A DNA stretch of 64,000 nt from NCBI RefSeq assembly GCF_006345805.1, contig NC_043004.1, forward strand, positions 5,642,001 through 5,706,000, given 5' to 3'. This document shows positions 63,961-64,000 of the stretch, in pieces. A model generated the notes under the pieces. That model worked only from the letters and a program-made list of their open reading frames with translations. It had not been told where the DNA came from and made no database searches. Positions within the stretch are counted from its first letter, which is position 1. Every line of letters begins with the position of its first letter. A program made the translations under genes and the position numbers. The DNA comes from Octopus sinensis (Eukaryota).

Positions 63961-64000
63961 AACACACACACACTCATATATAAACATTATATATATATAT

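Overview
AT-rich, repeat-dominated eukaryotic DNA, almost certainly intronic or intergenic sequence from a cephalopod. The interspersed families match octopus SINE/RTE repeats as I recall them; this was not searched. No complete gene, tRNA, rRNA or CRISPR array is present. Nearly all ORFs in the supplied track are artefacts of SINEs or microsatellites; the exceptions are Tc1 transposase and RTE fragments. The window holds dozens of tRNA-derived SINEs (several families), RTE LINE 3' ends, and fossil Tc1, mariner and hAT(Buster) transposons. It also has hAT, piggyBac and Tc-type MITEs with recognisable TIRs/TSDs, a HINE/DINE-like element and many microsatellites. A few short plus-strand candidate exons with good splice sites could belong to a large unidentified gene, but I recognise no protein. 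Most notable is a set of minimal, Penelope-type hammerhead-ribozyme motifs in several unrelated small repeats. One has a fully canonical core and a long stem II (50716-50837). Another is a palindromic element carrying two head-to-head motifs (38447-38848), and CCGAYGA and CUGUNGA core variants recur. Several long inverted repeats could also form dsRNA (possible ADAR substrates). Repeat boundaries are approximate unless TIR/TSD positions are given.
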